DNA from: Candidatus Thorarchaeota archaeon
Lineage (GTDB): Archaea > Asgardarchaeota > Heimdallarchaeia > Heimdallarchaeales > Heimdallarchaeaceae
Assembly (NCBI GenBank): GCA_048883065.1
Contig: JBHLQZ010000009.1
Coordinates: 1-23,479, forward strand
Length of the DNA: 23,479 nt
Direction: 5' to 3'
Part shown: in pieces, positions 7,217 through 15,167 of the stretch
Layout: each line of letters begins with the position of its first letter
Numbering within the stretch: the stretch's first letter is position 1
Position numbers and translations under genes: made by a program
Notes under the pieces: generated by a model
Told to the model about the DNA's origin: nothing
What the model saw: only the letters and a program-made list of their open reading frames with translations
Database searches by the model: none

Positions 7217-8331
7217 ATCTCTAATGCTGAAGCTATACCACCTTTTGGATATTCATAGCAACGAGCATAATCAGGTTCAATTGTAATTATTACTTGTTCA
7301 TTTTCCTTGAAGTAAACAGGATGTTTTGCATGTATTTTTATTTCTATAATTTGTTGATTTTCTAATTTAACTCTGACTCTTCTTAAAAGTCCTAAAAATC
7401 GATCTTGAATGACATTTCCTAGAAGATAGTTATTCTCTTTATTGGATATTTTTCTCTCTGAATCATGCTTTTGGATTTGAAAGAATTCTCTTCTAACAGC
7501 TACAGCTACTCTCCTTCCTCTAGGGATTCCCATATTATGAACATCTATCACAGATTTTCCTACTCTAACTTTAGCTAATTGTTCTTCATCATCAACTATA
7601 ACTCCCTCAAGGAAATCTGATTCTCCTACGAAAAATGAACTGAAGATATGGTTTGGAGAGAACAACAAATCAGCTGGTGTTCCAAACTGAATAAGTTGAC
7701 CTTTGTTCATAACAGCTACTCTATCACTTAGAATCAGAGCTTCAGATTGATCATGTGTTACATGAATAGCTGTTAATTTTTCTCTTTTCACCAGTTCTCT
7801 AAGGAAATCTTGAAATTCTTCTCTAATCTTCTGATCCAAAGCACCTAGAGGTTCATCAAGTAATAATAGTTGAGCTTCTGCTGCGAGGACTCTTGCTAAA
7901 GCAGTTTTTTGCCAATCAGGAGCTGAAAGTGATTCAGGATATAAGTCTGCTTTATCATGAATCTGTACAGATTTTAATGCTTTTTCAACTAATTCTTCTA
8001 TTTCTTTTCTGGTTTTCCCCCTTACTGTAGGACCATACGCTGCATTTTCCCAAACTGTCATATGAGGAAATATTGCAAAATGTTGAAAGACAAATCCAAT
8101 ATTACGGTCTTGGATGGAAAGATTCTCCATAGCAACATTATCAAAAAAAATCTTACCTCTTGTTGGTAGTATAGTCCCTGCAAGGAGACGCAGAGTTGTT
8201 GTTTTTCCACACCCTGAGGGACCTATGAGTGAGATATACTCACCATCATTTATAATAAAACTAAGATCTTTTACAGCTTCGACTCTTTTATCAAAGATTT
8301 TTGTTACATGTTGGAAACGTACTTCAGTCAT
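7213..8331 (-). CDS. ABC transporter ATP-binding protein with degenerate signature motif LSAPDWQ
   Basis: Walker A GPSGCGKTT, Q-loop GFVFQHFAIFPHMTV, Walker B LLLLDEPLGALD, H-loop VTHDQSEA, signature YPESLSAPDWQKTALARV instead of LSGGQ. Confidence 0.95.
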   Translation of the reverse strand: MTEVRFQHVTKIFDKRVEAVKDLSFIINDGEYISLIGPSGCGKTTTLRLLAGTILPTRGKIFFDNVAMENLSIQDRNIGFVFQHFAIFPHMTVWENAAYGPTVRGKTRKEIEELVEKALKSVQIHDKADLYPESLSAPDWQKTALARVLAAEAQLLLLDEPLGALDQKIREEFQDFLRELVKREKLTAIHVTHDQSEALILSDRVAVMNKGQLIQFGTPADLLFSPNHIFSSFFVGESDFLEGVIVDDEEQLAKVRVGKSVIDVHNMGIPRGRRVAVAVRREFFQIQKHDSERKISNKENNYLLGNVIQDRFLGLLRRVRVKLENQQIIEIKIHAKHPVYFKENEQVIITIEPDYARCYEYPKGGIASALEM

Positions 8332-10054
8332 TTTTATCCCTCTTTGTTATTGATCTAAGTATAATTAACATGATGAATGAAATCACAATGAGAATTGTAG
8401 CAGCAAAAGCTGCAGCTGGAAAAGTTGAAGCTTCAAAGAAATCCACTAAGAGAACAGGAATAGTTCTTTCTACACCCATACAGATTATTGTTGCTCCTGT
8501 TTCACTCATAGATCGAGTAAAAGTCATTATTGCAGCAGCTATAAGTCCATTTCTTAGGAAAGGCATTGTAACTTTTCTAAATGCCGTGAACTTAGAAGCA
8601 CCGAAAGAGACAGCTGCTTCATCATACATTGTTGGTATAGCATCAAATGATCCAATTAGAGGTCTTACACAATAGGAGTAAGTGAAGGAGATATGAGCAA
8701 TAATTATCATAGCAAATCCAGGTGAGAGTATATGCATACCATTTGAACCCCATAAGAAGAAGATACTAAAACCTAAAGCTGAGCTTGGAATTACTAAAGG
8801 AATATCAATTAATGAATCAAGAAATCCTTTCGCTTTTTTATTTCTCATTTTCGAAATTAGAAAAGCCATAGGTGTTGCTATTACTACATTGATTACAGTC
8901 ACAATTAGTGCTATTTCTAGTGACGTCACTAATGAATTAATGATGCTCGTGATTTTTTTATCAGGAGCTTGAAAAACCTGGTAAATCATACCAGCTTGTG
9001 GATCTCCTGAAAATGGAGATTTTCCCCACCATTGAAATAAGAAAATAATTACAAAAAGAGCAGGAATGAAAACTATTAGGAAGAAAATTACTAAAGATAA
9101 AGTATCTCTTGTTCTTGCAACCTTTTTAGAACTTAACTTTCTTTCAAATTTAGGAAAAACTTTATTCCATGGAAGCCCAACTTTTCGTGCAAAAAGCCTA
9201 ACCAAAGCAAGTAATAAAAGGCTAATCACAATAAGAATAAAAGCAAGAAAGGCTGTTGTAGGAATCTCTAATCCTTTCATCCAACTAACTATTACTACAG
9301 GAGCTGTTTGATAAACACCACTAACTATCAAAGTTGCTCCAGTTTCACCAAGTGATCTTGTAAAAGCAAGAACTGTACCAGCAAGCAATCCCTCTTTTAC
9401 CATTGGTAAAGAAATCATTCTTGCAATTGTAAATGGTGGTGCACCTAATGTTCTGCCAGCTTTTTCTAAATTCAAATCTAAATCCGATATAATGCCTTTT
9501 ATTGAACGAGTAACATATGGAAAAGTAAAAGCAACATGTGCAAGAATAATCAAGAGTATTCCTTGGGAGACAAATCCAACTTGAGAATTGTATAATTTAG
9601 AAATACCATTAGTTGTTCCCCAAAATAAGTAAATTGAGAATCCAAGTGCGCTAGTTGGAACTGCCATTGGCATGTCTACAAGAGTATCCAGAATATTTTT
9701 TCCTCTGAAATTGTATCTAGCCAAAATCCAAGCTATAGGAATTCCAACTATTATATCAAAGATTGTTACAATTGCAGCTATTTTTAATGAAAGCCCTATT
9801 GACCTTAACATTATTAGGAATGCTTCATTTCCTAAAATAGGATCATTAAATACTGTCTCATTAATCTCTCCCCAACTTAATAATATCTGAAATAGAAGAT
9901 AGATTATTGGTCCAAGAACTATTAAAACAAAAATTACAATGGTTAAAACTTTACCAATTGTTAACACATTATCTTTAGATAACCATTTTTCAGTTGAAAG
10001 TAATGCCTTTCTTAGTTTCACTTCAGTATCTAAATGTTGTTTTTCTGCAACCAT
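8324..10054 (-). CDS. ABC transporter permease, two fused BPD_transp_1-type domains (Fbp/Thi/Cys/ModB-like)
   Basis: Two repeats of DxPxxxPxSALGFSIxxxWG, an EAA-like loop (TLGAPPFTIARMISLPMVKEG and SFGASKFTAFRKVTMPFLRNG), and TRSLGETGATLIVSG / TRSMSETGATIICMG, one set per half; 576 aa. Confidence 0.9.
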   Translation of the reverse strand: MVAEKQHLDTEVKLRKALLSTEKWLSKDNVLTIGKVLTIVIFVLIVLGPIIYLLFQILLSWGEINETVFNDPILGNEAFLIMLRSIGLSLKIAAIVTIFDIIVGIPIAWILARYNFRGKNILDTLVDMPMAVPTSALGFSIYLFWGTTNGISKLYNSQVGFVSQGILLIILAHVAFTFPYVTRSIKGIISDLDLNLEKAGRTLGAPPFTIARMISLPMVKEGLLAGTVLAFTRSLGETGATLIVSGVYQTAPVVIVSWMKGLEIPTTAFLAFILIVISLLLLALVRLFARKVGLPWNKVFPKFERKLSSKKVARTRDTLSLVIFFLIVFIPALFVIIFLFQWWGKSPFSGDPQAGMIYQVFQAPDKKITSIINSLVTSLEIALIVTVINVVIATPMAFLISKMRNKKAKGFLDSLIDIPLVIPSSALGFSIFFLWGSNGMHILSPGFAMIIIAHISFTYSYCVRPLIGSFDAIPTMYDEAAVSFGASKFTAFRKVTMPFLRNGLIAAAIMTFTRSMSETGATIICMGVERTIPVLLVDFFEASTFPAAAFAATILIVISFIMLIILRSITKRDKND

Positions 10055-11431
10055 CTATTTTTCCCTCCTTCTTCTGAGAACAGCAGTAATAACAAATAAG
10101 GTACCTATCATCAATGGTATCAAAATATATGCTTGAATTCCAACTTGCCAGTATTCTGAATCTTCAGCTTGTTCTAAAGTTGTAGCTCTTGTCTTAAGCC
10201 ACAAATCAGGGATTCTATCCAAAACTTCAGCATCAGTTGGTACATCAAATTTTGGTATGGTAATATTAAGACTGACCCCATTTTCAGATCTGAATATTTG
10301 CTGCATTTCTGCTATCATATCTGTATCATTAACAAGATTTTCATTACCCGGTCTAAAACCAAAGGGAACAGCTTGAAGTTGTCTTTCTTTACTTAAGAGA
10401 AAAGTTTCAAACTCTTGAGCTGCATATGCTTCATCTGCAGAAACCCAAGAAGCATTTAGATTTACAATTGGATGATCACTCCATAATGTTCCTTCTTCAG
10501 GATACACTGCAACTAGATTATCCCCCCATTTAGCTAGTGCTTCTCCATCTTTTGCAGTCTCAATAATAAGATTCTCATAAAGAATCATTACATTAATTTC
10601 TGAAGGTCCTAATTGCACTGCTTGTTTAGCAAGAAAACCAGTTGAAGTCCCATAAAGTACAGCTTTTGATTCAACTTTTTCAAGCCATTCTTGTATTGTT
10701 GCATTTTGCAAATCTACCATTTCAATCTGATTAGGAAGCTTTCTACTAGCTGCAGTTACTTCTAATAATACTGCCATGTAACCTGAATTGGATTCTTGAG
10801 CTGAGGTATGAGCTAATCTTAAATCCCCCTCTGCTAATGTGTATAAATCTGCCCAAGATGTGAAATTATTTAAATCTCTATAGCTTTGCCAAGAACCTAA
10901 GATTATAGGTGATGCAACTAAAGATTTCACTTGGTCTGTATCAATTATTGAATTTCCAAATTTCTTTTGCCACGCCCAATCAAAAAGAGGAACCCAAACA
11001 GAAGCTGCGGGACTCCATATTGCTGGTTTACTTTCGCCTGAAAGAATAGATAACATTGATGTTCGAGTTCCTAAAACCTCAAACTGTAATCTTACTTTTT
11101 TATCAGGATTTCTAGATGCAAACCATTCAGGAAAATCTGGAGCTATAGAATTTATCCAACCTTTTTTCTCACTAGTATAAAGAACATTCAAAACTATTTC
11201 GCCTTTCTTTCCCCCAAACTGAAGTTGCCGTACAACATCTAAAGCAACAACAGATAGAATCAAAATTAAAATAAAAACGATGGTTGGAATTTTTTTCTTC
11301 GCCAATTTTAATCCTCTTGATAGGAATGATATTGAAGTGATTTTTGATTTTAGTTTTTCATACTTATTATTAATATTATGCAAGTAACTTTCGATTTCCA
11401 TAAACAGATTCTTTATTGAATTATAACCCAT
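10055..11431 (-). CDS. Extracellular solute-binding protein with N-terminal and C-terminal TM anchors
   Basis: N-terminal TM KKIPTIVFILILILSVVALDVV after a ~45 aa charged leader; SBP-like core (IWSPAASVWVPLFDWAWQKKFG...LVASPIILGSW...); C-terminal TM IQAYILIPLMIGTLFVITAVLRRRREK; immediately upstream of the permease. Confidence 0.82.
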   Translation of the reverse strand: MGYNSIKNLFMEIESYLHNINNKYEKLKSKITSISFLSRGLKLAKKKIPTIVFILILILSVVALDVVRQLQFGGKKGEIVLNVLYTSEKKGWINSIAPDFPEWFASRNPDKKVRLQFEVLGTRTSMLSILSGESKPAIWSPAASVWVPLFDWAWQKKFGNSIIDTDQVKSLVASPIILGSWQSYRDLNNFTSWADLYTLAEGDLRLAHTSAQESNSGYMAVLLEVTAASRKLPNQIEMVDLQNATIQEWLEKVESKAVLYGTSTGFLAKQAVQLGPSEINVMILYENLIIETAKDGEALAKWGDNLVAVYPEEGTLWSDHPIVNLNASWVSADEAYAAQEFETFLLSKERQLQAVPFGFRPGNENLVNDTDMIAEMQQIFRSENGVSLNITIPKFDVPTDAEVLDRIPDLWLKTRATTLEQAEDSEYWQVGIQAYILIPLMIGTLFVITAVLRRRREK

Positions 11432-11442
11432 AAAACGATAGG

Positions 11443-11450
11443 TTTATATT
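11443..11450 (+). promoter_or_regulatory. Putative TATA box (TTTATATT) for the plus-strand NifX/MinD cluster
   Basis: AT-rich element ~40 nt upstream of the ATG at 11489, with AAAGGTGA SD-like sequence before that ATG. Confidence 0.45.
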
Positions 11451-11488
11451 TGTAAGTGTTTAATAAATATTGAATAATAACCCAAAAG

Positions 11489-11842
11489 GTGAAAATAATG
11501 TATAGATCAAGAAGATTTGGACCAGGATCAGGTTATGGTCGAGGTTTAGGTTATGGTAGGGGATGGGGAAGAGGATATGGAATAGGAGGAAGAAGATATT
11601 ATAGTCCTTATTGTGATTGGTTTCCAGACCTTCCAAGAGGTTGGTGGGCTATGCCAGAGTATCAATCAAGATTAAAGGACACAGGTTTTGTTCCACCACC
11701 AGAATCAGCAAGATGGGATCCTTATGGTGTTCCTAAAAGTCCAGAAGCAATTGATTATGAAATATCAATAGTAGAGAAACAAATTGAAAGTCTTAAAGAA
11801 GAAATCGAATACCTAAAATCATTAAGGAAACCAGCAAAATAG
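11489..11842 (+). CDS. Small Gly/Arg/Tyr-rich protein with C-terminal coiled coil (DUF5320-like)
   Basis: N-terminal SRRFGPGSGYGRGLGYGRGWGRGYGIGGRRYY, C-terminal IVEKQIESLKEEIEYLKSLRK; position beside DUF134/NifX/MinD genes is typical of DUF5320-type proteins. Confidence 0.55.
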   Translation: MKIMYRSRRFGPGSGYGRGLGYGRGWGRGYGIGGRRYYSPYCDWFPDLPRGWWAMPEYQSRLKDTGFVPPPESARWDPYGVPKSPEAIDYEISIVEKQIESLKEEIEYLKSLRKPAK

Positions 11843-11900
11843 ATTCGTACTCAAAACCTTTTTAATTTCTTTTTTTTCATGATAGATATAGGTCTTCAAA

Positions 11901-12233
11901 ATGTCAGATCCAGAAGGGTATAGTTTCCAAAGAGGTGGAAGACATGGTCGGGGTAGAGGTCGGAGATATCATAGAGGGATAGGAAGACCACCTGTTTCTT
12001 ATCCTATAGACATAAACCGGAGGATCACTGAAGATCAAATTGCAATTGAATTGACTAGTTTTGAATTACAAATATTACAACTCTCTGATTTAGAAGGATT
12101 AACACAACAAGAAATCGCAGAGAAATTAAATATATCTCAAACATCTGTCTGGAGATATCTGAAATCAATTCGATTAAAATTAGCAGAAGCAATAAGTCAA
12201 CATAATCAGATTAATATTAAAATCATTGATTAG
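11901..12233 (+). CDS. DUF134-like / sigma-70-region-4-like HTH protein with RG-rich N terminus
   Basis: HTH EIAEKLNISQTSVWRYLKSIRLKLAEAI preceded by GRHGRGRGRRYHRGIGRPP. Confidence 0.65.
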   Translation: MSDPEGYSFQRGGRHGRGRGRRYHRGIGRPPVSYPIDINRRITEDQIAIELTSFELQILQLSDLEGLTQQEIAEKLNISQTSVWRYLKSIRLKLAEAISQHNQINIKIID

Positions 12234-12284
12234 TATAAAGTGATATTTCTATATACTAATAATGTCCTATTCTTTTTAATAACT

Positions 12285-12302
12285 TATGAATAATTATTCA
12301 TA
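12285..12302. promoter_or_regulatory. 18-bp perfect palindrome TATGAATAATTATTCATA, candidate operator
   Basis: Sequence equals its own reverse complement over 18 bp; located in the intergenic region upstream of the second DUF134 gene. Confidence 0.5.
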
Positions 12303-12340
12303 CCTAAACATTTATTTAAGTAAAGAATAATTTGATTTTG

Positions 12341-12658
12341 ATGGTTCAAAAACGTAAATTAGAACGAAAATGCATTGATTATGAGAGTAATGTTTACAAA
12401 CCTATTGGAATCCCCATGAAGGATCTAAAGATTCAAAATTTAACAAAAGAAGAGGTTACAGCAATATATTATGCAGATTATATAGGGCTTAAGCAGAATG
12501 AATCTGCTGAGAAAATGGGAATATCTCAACCCTCTTTTAGTCGTGAGCTCAATATGGCTCACACTAAGATAGCATGTGCATTCTTTCATGGTTTTGCTAT
12601 ACAATTTGGATCTGGGCCATCTGAAAATTCTGATGAAAAAGAAAACGAAGTGAAATAA
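12341..12658 (+). CDS. DUF134 family HTH protein (start at 12341 favoured over 12332)
   Basis: VQKRKLERKCIDYES...YKPIGIP...LTKEEVTAIYYADYIGLKQNESAEKMGISQPSFSRELNMAHTKIACAFFHGFAI; adjacent to NifX genes. Confidence 0.8.
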   Translation: MVQKRKLERKCIDYESNVYKPIGIPMKDLKIQNLTKEEVTAIYYADYIGLKQNESAEKMGISQPSFSRELNMAHTKIACAFFHGFAIQFGSGPSENSDEKENEVK

Positions 12659-12987
12659 TGAAAATTGCAATACCAATAATAGAAAAAAATGAAACAAGTC
12701 AGATGTCAGATAGATTTGGTAGATCTTCTTATTATCTGATTTATGATAGCGAAAGTTCAGAAATAGAAATAATTGATAATCCCGCAGTACAAGCTAGAGG
12801 AGGAGCGGGTATTCAAGCAGTTCAATTTCTAATTTCTCAAGATGTAAAAGCAGTAATAGCACCAGAAGTTGGTCCTAATGCATTCAAAGTTCTAAGAGGT
12901 TCAAATACTAGAATCTACAAAGGGATTAAAACCTCAGCTAAAGAACTAATTGAAAAATGGAAAAATAATGAATTAGATGAAATTTAG
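12658..12987 (+). CDS. NifX/NifB-type dinitrogenase iron-molybdenum cofactor family protein
   Basis: MKIAIPIIEKNETSQMSDRFGRSSYYLIYDSES...GAGIQAVQFLISQDVKAVIAPEVGPNAFKVLRGSNTRIYKG. Confidence 0.88.
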   Translation: MKIAIPIIEKNETSQMSDRFGRSSYYLIYDSESSEIEIIDNPAVQARGGAGIQAVQFLISQDVKAVIAPEVGPNAFKVLRGSNTRIYKGIKTSAKELIEKWKNNELDEI

Positions 12988-12995
12988 GTGATGAA

Positions 12996-13343
12996 ATGAA
13001 ATATGCAATACCCTCACTTGGAGATAAAGGATTAGAAGATGAATTAGGTTATCATTTTGGTAGATCACCATTCTTTACAATATGGGATGATGAAACTAAT
13101 GAAATTGAAGTTATAGAAAATAGGAGTGATCATTTTGGAGGAAAAGGTCTTCCTGCAGAATTTTTAAAAGAGCACTGTAATGGTCTCATTTGTGGAGGAA
13201 TTGGATCTAGAGCAATATCTCTGTGTGCTCAACTAGGTTTAAGAGTTTTCGTTGGAGCAGAAGGAAAGATCAGTAAAGTTATTTCTGATTTTAAAGAAGG
13301 CAAATTACGAGAAGCAACCTCTGGTGATGGTTGTAAACATTAG
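12996..13343 (+). CDS. Second NifX/NifB-type dinitrogenase iron-molybdenum cofactor family protein
   Basis: MKYAIPSLGDKGLEDELGYHFGRSPFFTIWDDETNEIEVIENR...CNGLICGGIGSRAISLCAQLGLRVFVGAEGKISKVI. Confidence 0.88.
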   Translation: MKYAIPSLGDKGLEDELGYHFGRSPFFTIWDDETNEIEVIENRSDHFGGKGLPAEFLKEHCNGLICGGIGSRAISLCAQLGLRVFVGAEGKISKVISDFKEGKLREATSGDGCKH

Positions 13344-13356
13344 ATTAGTGACTGGA

Positions 13357-14193
13357 ATGGTTCAGATAGCCGTAGTTTCAGGGAAAGGTGGAACAGGTAA
13401 AACTTTGGTTGCAACGAGCTTAGCCTTATCGATTAACAATGTTCAACTCTTAGATGCAGATGTAGAAGAACCCAATAGTGCTTTGTTTCTATGTTATCGA
13501 GTTCAACCTATTGATAAAGCAGAGATTCCTGTCCCTGTTATAGATAAGGAAATATGTACTCACTGTGGAAAATGTAGTGATAGTTGTGAATATAATGCAC
13601 TCGCAAACCTACCTGGGGAAGTTCTTCTTTTCGAAAAAATATGTCATGGGTGTGGAGTATGTTCGGAAGTGTGTCCTGTTAATGCTATAACTGAAAGATA
13701 TAGACCAATTGGTACAATTTACTCAGGAAGAGAACAGAACCTTCTCTTTAACTATGGTGAACTTATTGTTGGTGAAGAGTTAGCTACACCAGTAATAACA
13801 AAATTAAAAGAGTTTGTTAAAGAAGATAGAGATTTTGTCATTTTTGATTCACCTCCTGGTTCTTCTTGCTCTATGGTTGAAACAGTGATTGATACTGATT
13901 TTGTTTTGTTGATAGGAGAACCCACACCATTTGGTCTTTCTGACATGAAAATTGTCGTGGAAACTCTTAGACAATTACATAAAAAATTTGGTGTAATAAT
14001 AAACAAGGATGGAATGGGAAATGAGGAAATGGTGGAATATTGTGAAAAAGAACAAATTGCCATTTTAATGAAAATACCTTTTGATTTGGAAATTGCAAGG
14101 CAATACTCTTTAGGTAAAACTTTGGTACAATCTTTTCCTAAATGGAAAAACGATTTTACACAACTTGCTCTAAAAATCAAGGAGATGGTATAA
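13357..14193 (+). CDS. MinD/ParA-type ATPase with inserted 2x[4Fe-4S] ferredoxin domain (1)
   Basis: MVQIAVVSGKGGTGKTLVATSLA (deviant Walker A), CTHCGKCSDSCEYNA...CHGCGVCSEVCPVNA, DSPPGSSC. GTG at 13348 is an alternative start; the 13252 start in the track is not needed. Confidence 0.93.
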   Translation: MVQIAVVSGKGGTGKTLVATSLALSINNVQLLDADVEEPNSALFLCYRVQPIDKAEIPVPVIDKEICTHCGKCSDSCEYNALANLPGEVLLFEKICHGCGVCSEVCPVNAITERYRPIGTIYSGREQNLLFNYGELIVGEELATPVITKLKEFVKEDRDFVIFDSPPGSSCSMVETVIDTDFVLLIGEPTPFGLSDMKIVVETLRQLHKKFGVIINKDGMGNEEMVEYCEKEQIAILMKIPFDLEIARQYSLGKTLVQSFPKWKNDFTQLALKIKEMV

Positions 14194-14194
14194 T

Positions 14195-15097
14195 ATGGAA
14201 AAAAAGAGCAAGATAAAACAATTAACTGTAATTTCAGGAAAAGGAGGTACAGGCAAATCATCAATTATAGCTTCTTTAGCATATATTTTGAAAGAGAAAG
14301 TAATTCTTGCTGATGCAGATGTAGATGCAGCTGACTTGTATTTAATTTTTACACCTAAGGATTCATCTTCTCATGAATATTATGGTTTGAAAAAAGCTGA
14401 AATAGATCTTAATGTATGTACAAAATGTAATATATGCAGAGATTCTTGTAGATTTGATGCTATAGATCCTGATTTCTTTGTGCAACCATTCAAATGTGAA
14501 GGATGTAGCTTATGTTACCATGTATGCCCTGAATCTGCTGTAATGATGAAAGACCATGTTTCAGGTCATTATTTTATTTCTGATACTAGAATTGGAAAAA
14601 TGGTACATGCCAAACTTAAACCAGGCGAAGAGAGCTCCGGATTGCTTGTAGCAGAAGTAAGAAAAAAAGCTAATGAAGTTGCTAAGGAACTCAACAAAGA
14701 TCTTGTCCTAATTGATGGTTCTCCTGGAATAGGCTGTCCAGTAATTAGCTCAATTACAGGATCAGATTTAGCATTGGTTGTAACTGAACCAACAATTTCT
14801 GGAAAACACGACTTAGAGCGAGTCTTGAAACTTTTGGAGCAATTTCGAATAGGGAGTTATGTTATTGTTAACAAAACAGATATTAATTTAGAAATCACTC
14901 AAGAGATTGAAGAAATCTGTAAAGAAAAAACCCCAGTAATTGCAAATATCCCTCATAATCACATCTTTACAACTGCTATGATTGATCAAAAAACTGTAAT
15001 TGAAATGGAATCAAATACTAAGGAAGAAAAAGAAATACAAGAAACACTCTTCAAAATTGCAAAAACTATAGAAGAAAAATTACAAATAAAAAACTAG
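14195..15097 (+). CDS. MinD/ParA-type ATPase with inserted 2x[4Fe-4S] ferredoxin domain (2)
   Basis: KQLTVISGKGGTGKSSIIASLAYIL, CTKCNICRDSCRFDAI...CEGCSLCYHVCPESAV, LVLIDGSPGIGCPVISS. Confidence 0.93.
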   Translation: MEKKSKIKQLTVISGKGGTGKSSIIASLAYILKEKVILADADVDAADLYLIFTPKDSSSHEYYGLKKAEIDLNVCTKCNICRDSCRFDAIDPDFFVQPFKCEGCSLCYHVCPESAVMMKDHVSGHYFISDTRIGKMVHAKLKPGEESSGLLVAEVRKKANEVAKELNKDLVLIDGSPGIGCPVISSITGSDLALVVTEPTISGKHDLERVLKLLEQFRIGSYVIVNKTDINLEITQEIEEICKEKTPVIANIPHNHIFTTAMIDQKTVIEMESNTKEEKEIQETLFKIAKTIEEKLQIKN

Positions 15098-15167
15098 TTT
15101 TTTCATACGTTGATGTATTTTGGGTAAATTTAAAGAATAGCTACATTTAGTTTTAGAAGGATGATGC

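Noticed and set aside
8114-10136. Plus-strand ORFs 79, 124, 81, 72 and 65 aa antisense to the ATPase/permease
   Set aside because: The antisense of hydrophobic permease codons readily yields open frames; no independent evidence.
12440-12697. 85-aa minus-strand ORF opposite DUF134
   Set aside because: Shadow ORF of the DUF134 gene, composition biased (many F/Y/I).
13252-13356. N-terminal extension of the first MinD ORF (MEQKERSVKLFLILKKANYEKQPLVMVVNIRLVTG)
   Set aside because: Overlaps the C-terminus of the second NifX gene in another frame; the deviant Walker A begins right after the ATG at 13357, as in homologues.
13752-14264. 170-aa minus-strand ORF opposite MinD1
   Set aside because: Long but wholly antisense to a confident gene; serine/isoleucine-rich with no domain.
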